Positions 59,949 through 64,000 of a DNA stretch of 64,000 nt are shown piece by piece (within the stretch, counting starts at the first letter, position 1; every line of letters begins with the position of its first letter). The stretch comes from a virus, in UHGV virus genome UHGV-0057547; one strand, given 5' to 3'. Under the pieces are notes generated by a model. The model was not told where the DNA came from, did not search any database, and saw nothing but the letters and a program-made list of their open reading frames with translations. Position numbers and translations under genes: made by a program.

Positions 59949-61208
59949 TTGTATATGTTAGATGAAAAGTTCTTAAGAAAAGAAAATGAAACATTAGAAG
60001 AATATCAACTGAGATTATCTGTGATGAAATTAAAAGATGGAGAAGATATAGAATGGCAAGACATTAAAGAGTTATTAGATAGTGACGAACATAGAGATAC
60101 TCTTAGAAGAAAAGGAAAAGGTCTTGTTATGGCTTATGATATATACGAAGAAAAAATAGCAAAATTAGAAGATGAATATTACTACAAACTTAAGAAAATG
60201 AGAGAAAAAGTTGATGAAGACATAGAAGATAAAAGATTAAGAGAAATCAATAACAAAGTGTTACAGCTTGAAAAAGAAAAAATTAAATTAAAAGACCAAA
60301 GAAATGATTTAAATGCAACAAAAAGAACAATAGCTAGAGTAGAACATTTAGTTGAATGCATGGAAGATAAAATAGAAGAATTAAGTAAAGCTAAACCATT
60401 ACTTGAAAAAGAAGTTATTAAACCAATTAATAATACAATTGGGATAGCAATGATATCAGATATTCACTTAGGAGTTGGAGTTGATAATGAATTATCACAA
60501 TATAATCCTGAGATATGTAAGAAAAAAATGAATCATTATATCAATGAAGTTATTAGATATGGAGAATTTAATAATATAAGTGAATTGTATGTATTAGGCT
60601 TAGGCGATTATGTTACTGGAATTATAAGAAATACAAATAGATTAGAATCAAGATTAAATATAGTTCAACAAGTTTTAGTAGTAAGTGAATTGTTATCTGA
60701 AGCCATTGGAAGACTATCAGAACATTTTATATGTAAAGTTGGTTTAGTTCAAGGTAATCATGATGAGATTAGATTGGGTGATAAGGATAATACATTGATA
60801 GAAGAATCATTTACATTTTTTATAGATGAATATATAAAACAAAGATTAAAAGAAAATAAAAATGTTGAATTCTTACCAACTGAAGATAAAGAAAAAGAAT
60901 ACATAACTTTTAAAATAAATGGATTAAATTTCTTTGCATCTCATGGACAACGAGATAAAGATAGACAACTTGATAGAACTATTGAAATGTTTGATGAAAG
61001 AATAGATGTTGTATTAAGAGGACATTTTCATCAACCGTCAAAACATTATAAGAATAAAACATTGGTAATAACCAATGGTTGCTATTCCGGTGAACCTTAT
61101 TCAAAAAGAGCTAGATTGTATACACCTAGTATTCAAAAATTCTTAATATTTGATGAATATGGATTAGTATGTGATTACGACATCAATATAGATAGATATG
61201 AAAATTAA
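59949..61208 (+). CDS. coiled-coil protein with C-terminal calcineurin-like metallophosphoesterase domain
   Basis: MPP motifs DIHLG, GDYVTG, GNHDE, GHFH in order; N-terminal ~150-aa K/E-rich coiled coil. Confidence 0.7.
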   Translation: MYMLDEKFLRKENETLEEYQLRLSVMKLKDGEDIEWQDIKELLDSDEHRDTLRRKGKGLVMAYDIYEEKIAKLEDEYYYKLKKMREKVDEDIEDKRLREINNKVLQLEKEKIKLKDQRNDLNATKRTIARVEHLVECMEDKIEELSKAKPLLEKEVIKPINNTIGIAMISDIHLGVGVDNELSQYNPEICKKKMNHYINEVIRYGEFNNISELYVLGLGDYVTGIIRNTNRLESRLNIVQQVLVVSELLSEAIGRLSEHFICKVGLVQGNHDEIRLGDKDNTLIEESFTFFIDEYIKQRLKENKNVEFLPTEDKEKEYITFKINGLNFFASHGQRDKDRQLDRTIEMFDERIDVVLRGHFHQPSKHYKNKTLVITNGCYSGEPYSKRARLYTPSIQKFLIFDEYGLVCDYDINIDRYEN

Positions 61209-61452
61209 CACATATAAATTTTATTATACGGTGAGAAATTAATTAAAGATATTAAAAATGTAAAAAGTAGTCTTATAAAAATAGTGTAAGTCAATGTGGA
61301 AGGACGGTTTCACAGCTTACAATTTCCTTCTTTTTTACTATACTATTCTTATAATAATCTATATTTACTTTAATATCTCTCCGATTTGGGTATCATAGTC
61401 CTTTCAACTATGATACCCTTTTTTTATTATATAAAACAGAAAGGAGAAAAAT

Positions 61453-62023
61453 ATGGCAAAAGCAAAAAAAGAAATAAAGAAAATAATATGTACTACATGT
61501 GGAAGAGAATTGCCTGAAAAAGACTTTGGTAAATCTTATTCATTTAGAGATAAGTTAAATGGAAGATTACCGATTTGCAAAGACTGTTGTGCTAGTTTAT
61601 ATGATAAGTTAATGGTAGATTATCAAGATGAAATGAAGGCGTTATATAGATTTTGTATGATATTAGATTTATATTTTTCTAAAGATACAGTTATGGGATT
61701 AATAAGTAAGAATAGAAATTCTGAAAGTAATCTTGGATATCTATATGTATTAAAATATAATTTGGTACAATATAAAAATAAAACATTTCAAGATACAACA
61801 GCATTTGTAAATATATTTGGTATGACAGAAGAAGAGATGGAAGAAGCATTATATTTAAATACTGAAAAAACAAAAGAAGAAATAGAAAGAAAAACTAAGA
61901 AAATAGTTACTCCGGAAGTAATCAAACGTTGGGGCTCGGATTTAGAGCTAGACGATTATATTTTTCTTGAAGATAGATATAACCAAATGCTTCTTGCTTA
62001 TGATGTAATTATGCGTCCTATGT
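61453..62023 (+). CDS. exon 1 of an intron-interrupted gene (zinc-ribbon N-terminus, product unknown)
   Basis: ORF ends in TAA exactly where the intron-like repeat starts; CTATGT at the exon end is complementary (with U-G) to GCATAG 13 nt into the repeat. Confidence 0.45.
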
Positions 62024-62234
62024 AAAGAAATTTGCATAGAAAATCTCCTTAATTGCAGGTAATTCCTAAAGCCTTACACCAAAACGGAAGGTGAAAACCT
62101 AAACGGCAACGGTACGAAAGTAGAAAAAACGTAAGGATGGATATAAGGTTAAATCCTAAGTATCCAAACATATTTATATATGTTAAAATGGATGTTCATG
62201 CAGGTAAGATTCTAAATTAAATTATTTTAAATAC

Positions 62235-62263
62235 TTAACTTTTAATAAGATAAATTGTATAAT
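62235..62263 (+). promoter_or_regulatory. consensus-type promoter inside the intron driving the HNH gene
   Basis: TTAACTTTTAATAAGATAAATTGTATAAT. Confidence 0.45.
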
Positions 62264-62285
62264 ATAAATAAAGAGAGGTGATAAA

Positions 62286-63203
62286 ATGGCAAAAAAGAAA
62301 TCTCATGAGGAGTTTGTTAATGAATTAAATATAAAAAATCCTAATATAAAAGTATTGAATAAATATGTAAATGTGTCTACGAAAATAATGGTTAAATGTA
62401 TAATTTGTGGAAATGAATGGATGGCAATACCTGGTAGTTTATTAAATGGAACTGGGTGTCCAAAATGTGCAAATAAAAATAAATCAAATAAACAAAGAAA
62501 GACAAAAGAACAATTTATAGAAGAGATGAAAATTATTAATCCTAATGTTAAAATAATCGGTGATTATATTAATAATCATACGAAGATAAAATGTGAATGT
62601 TTAATATGTGGGAATATATATTTTATGATACCTAAAAATTTAAGGAAAGGGCAAAATTGTCCTGAATGTGCTATGAAACAAAGAGTATCTAAAAAATCTA
62701 AAATTCATGAACAATTTATAATTGAATTAAATGATATAAATAAAAATATTAAAGTATCAAATAAATATATAAATGCAAAAACAATCATGGAATGTTCTTG
62801 TGATATTTGTGGTCATAAATGGAAATCTAATGCTGATAATTTATTAAGAGGTCATGGGTGTCCAAAGTGTGCAATAGAAAATAGTAGAGGTGAAAATAAC
62901 CATAATTGGAATCCTAATCTTACACAAGAAGATAGAGAAAATAAAAGAAATTATATGGAATATAAAGAATGGAGAAAAAATTGTTATGAACGAGATGATT
63001 ATACTTGTCAAGTTACAGGGAAAAGAGGAGTAGAATTATGCGTACATCATTTATATTCTTATAATAAATATTATTGTTTAAGAACTGCATTAGATAATGG
63101 TATAACAGTATCTAAAGAAATACATGAATTGTTTCATAAAATATATGGACGAGGAGATAACACATTAGAACAATGGGAAGAATTTATTAAAAGTTTAGAA
63201 TAA
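62286..63203 (+). CDS. HNH homing endonuclease with three N-terminal zinc-ribbon repeats
   Basis: Three ~50-aa repeats each with CxxCG..W and GxGCPxCA; C-terminal CQVTG..VHHLYSY..HELFH HNH motif. Confidence 0.65.
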   Translation: MAKKKSHEEFVNELNIKNPNIKVLNKYVNVSTKIMVKCIICGNEWMAIPGSLLNGTGCPKCANKNKSNKQRKTKEQFIEEMKIINPNVKIIGDYINNHTKIKCECLICGNIYFMIPKNLRKGQNCPECAMKQRVSKKSKIHEQFIIELNDINKNIKVSNKYINAKTIMECSCDICGHKWKSNADNLLRGHGCPKCAIENSRGENNHNWNPNLTQEDRENKRNYMEYKEWRKNCYERDDYTCQVTGKRGVELCVHHLYSYNKYYCLRTALDNGITVSKEIHELFHKIYGRGDNTLEQWEEFIKSLE

Positions 63204-63395
63204 TTTAATATGAATCAAAGCTCAACGACTATTCCGTAAGGAAGTAAAACCACAAGCTATTGGTGGAAGAAAAGGGAGATACCTTAACAGATAATGCTGA
63301 AGGTGAAGAAATAGTCTACTCTCATATGAAAGTATGAGCAGTTTTGTATATATACAAAACGGATTAAGTGTAGCGAACTTAATTGAATATAAAGG

Positions 63396-63696
63396 ATAAG
63401 AATCCCTCATCCCTTTGGTCATATCAAGAAATATGTATGAATTATTTACTCCTTAGAAAAGATAGAGGAAATGTTCAACTTCAAAAAAGTATTCAAGAAA
63501 TTAATAGTAAATTACAAGCTGACTGTAAAATGAAATTATCACAAATAGATAATGATGATGATGACAATGCTTGTTTTGGGAAATTTATAGATAGAATAGA
63601 ATTATATGAACCATGTAATAAAAAGTTACCATTTTTTGAAGATATAGATGGAATAAGACAATACTTAAAACGATGGAAACAAAAAGCCACGACTGT
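63396..63696 (+). CDS. putative exon 2 of the intron-interrupted gene
   Basis: Frame of ORF 63383..63700. It ends GACTGT then TAG, exactly where intron-like copy B begins (pairs with GCAGTG in copy B). Boundaries tentative. Confidence 0.35.
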
Positions 63697-64000
63697 ATAG
63701 AAATATGCAGTGGACACAGATTTAATTGCAGGTAATTCCTAAAGCCTTACACCAAAACGGAAGGTGAAAACCTAAACGGCAACGGTACGAAAGTAGAAAA
63801 AACGTAAGGATGGATATAAGGTTAAATCCTAAGTATCCAAACATATTTATATATGTTAAAATGGGTGTTCATGCAGGTAAGATTCTAAGTGATAATTTTA
63901 TATCATATGAATAAACTTCAACGACTAGAATGCAAATTCGTAGGGTGTAAGCGATTGACACTCGAAAAGGTCTGCCCTTAACAGGTAATGCTGAAGGTGA
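63697..64000 (+). mobile_element. putative group I intron copy B (ORF-less; 3' end beyond window)
   Basis: Near-identical to copy A over its first ~190 nt; contains TCAACGACTAGA (R-like) and ends in the window at the segment equal to A 63283-63304. Confidence 0.45.

Larger units (their letters stand above)
62024..63395 (+). mobile_element. putative group I intron (copy A) carrying an HNH homing-endonuclease ORF
   Basis: 5' part 62024-62215 is near-identical to 63697-63890. P7-like pairing CAACGACTAT (63220s) with ATAGTC (63306-63312); GAAA-tetraloop hairpin AGGTGAAAACCT; P9-like hairpins before a G at 63395 that restores the exon frame. 3' boundary tentative. Confidence 0.5.

Overview
Very AT-rich window, probably from a Clostridia-like low-GC Firmicute. 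It looks like the early / accessory part of a large phage or phage-plasmid. From 0 to 28.4 kb nearly every gene is on the minus strand. Each is a single-gene unit: consensus promoter (TTGACTTTTAAT-N11-TATAAT), RBS, ORF, then a hairpin terminator. This cassette is repeated at least 30 times. Most ORFs are small, acidic hypothetical proteins of the host-takeover type. Recognisable genes are: one intact and two degenerate tyrosine-recombinase-like proteins; three tandem sigma-70-family sigma factors; two TnpB (IS200/IS605-type RNA-guided nuclease) genes with no TnpA; an IS1595-family transposase; SprT-like and HExxH metalloproteases; HNH endonucleases; two paralogous phage-antirepressor-like proteins; a Hep_Hag-repeat tail-fibre/adhesin-like protein; a RecD-like helicase; a lysis cassette (GH25 muramidase, glucosaminidase, holin-like protein); an HU-like protein with a long polyacidic tail; a large protein ending in a TerD domain, paired with a coiled-coil calcineurin-like phosphoesterase; and a gene interrupted by two near-identical group-I-like introns, one of which carries an HNH homing endonuclease. 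Non-coding highlights: six copies of a ~115-nt structured RNA element in gene leaders, plus a shorter related element 3' of the second tnpB; a DnaA-box / iteron-rich origin-like region at 29-32.5 kb; four tandem promoters at 28.9-29.3 kb; Rep-like direct repeats at 50.7 kb. No rRNA, tRNA or CRISPR array was found.
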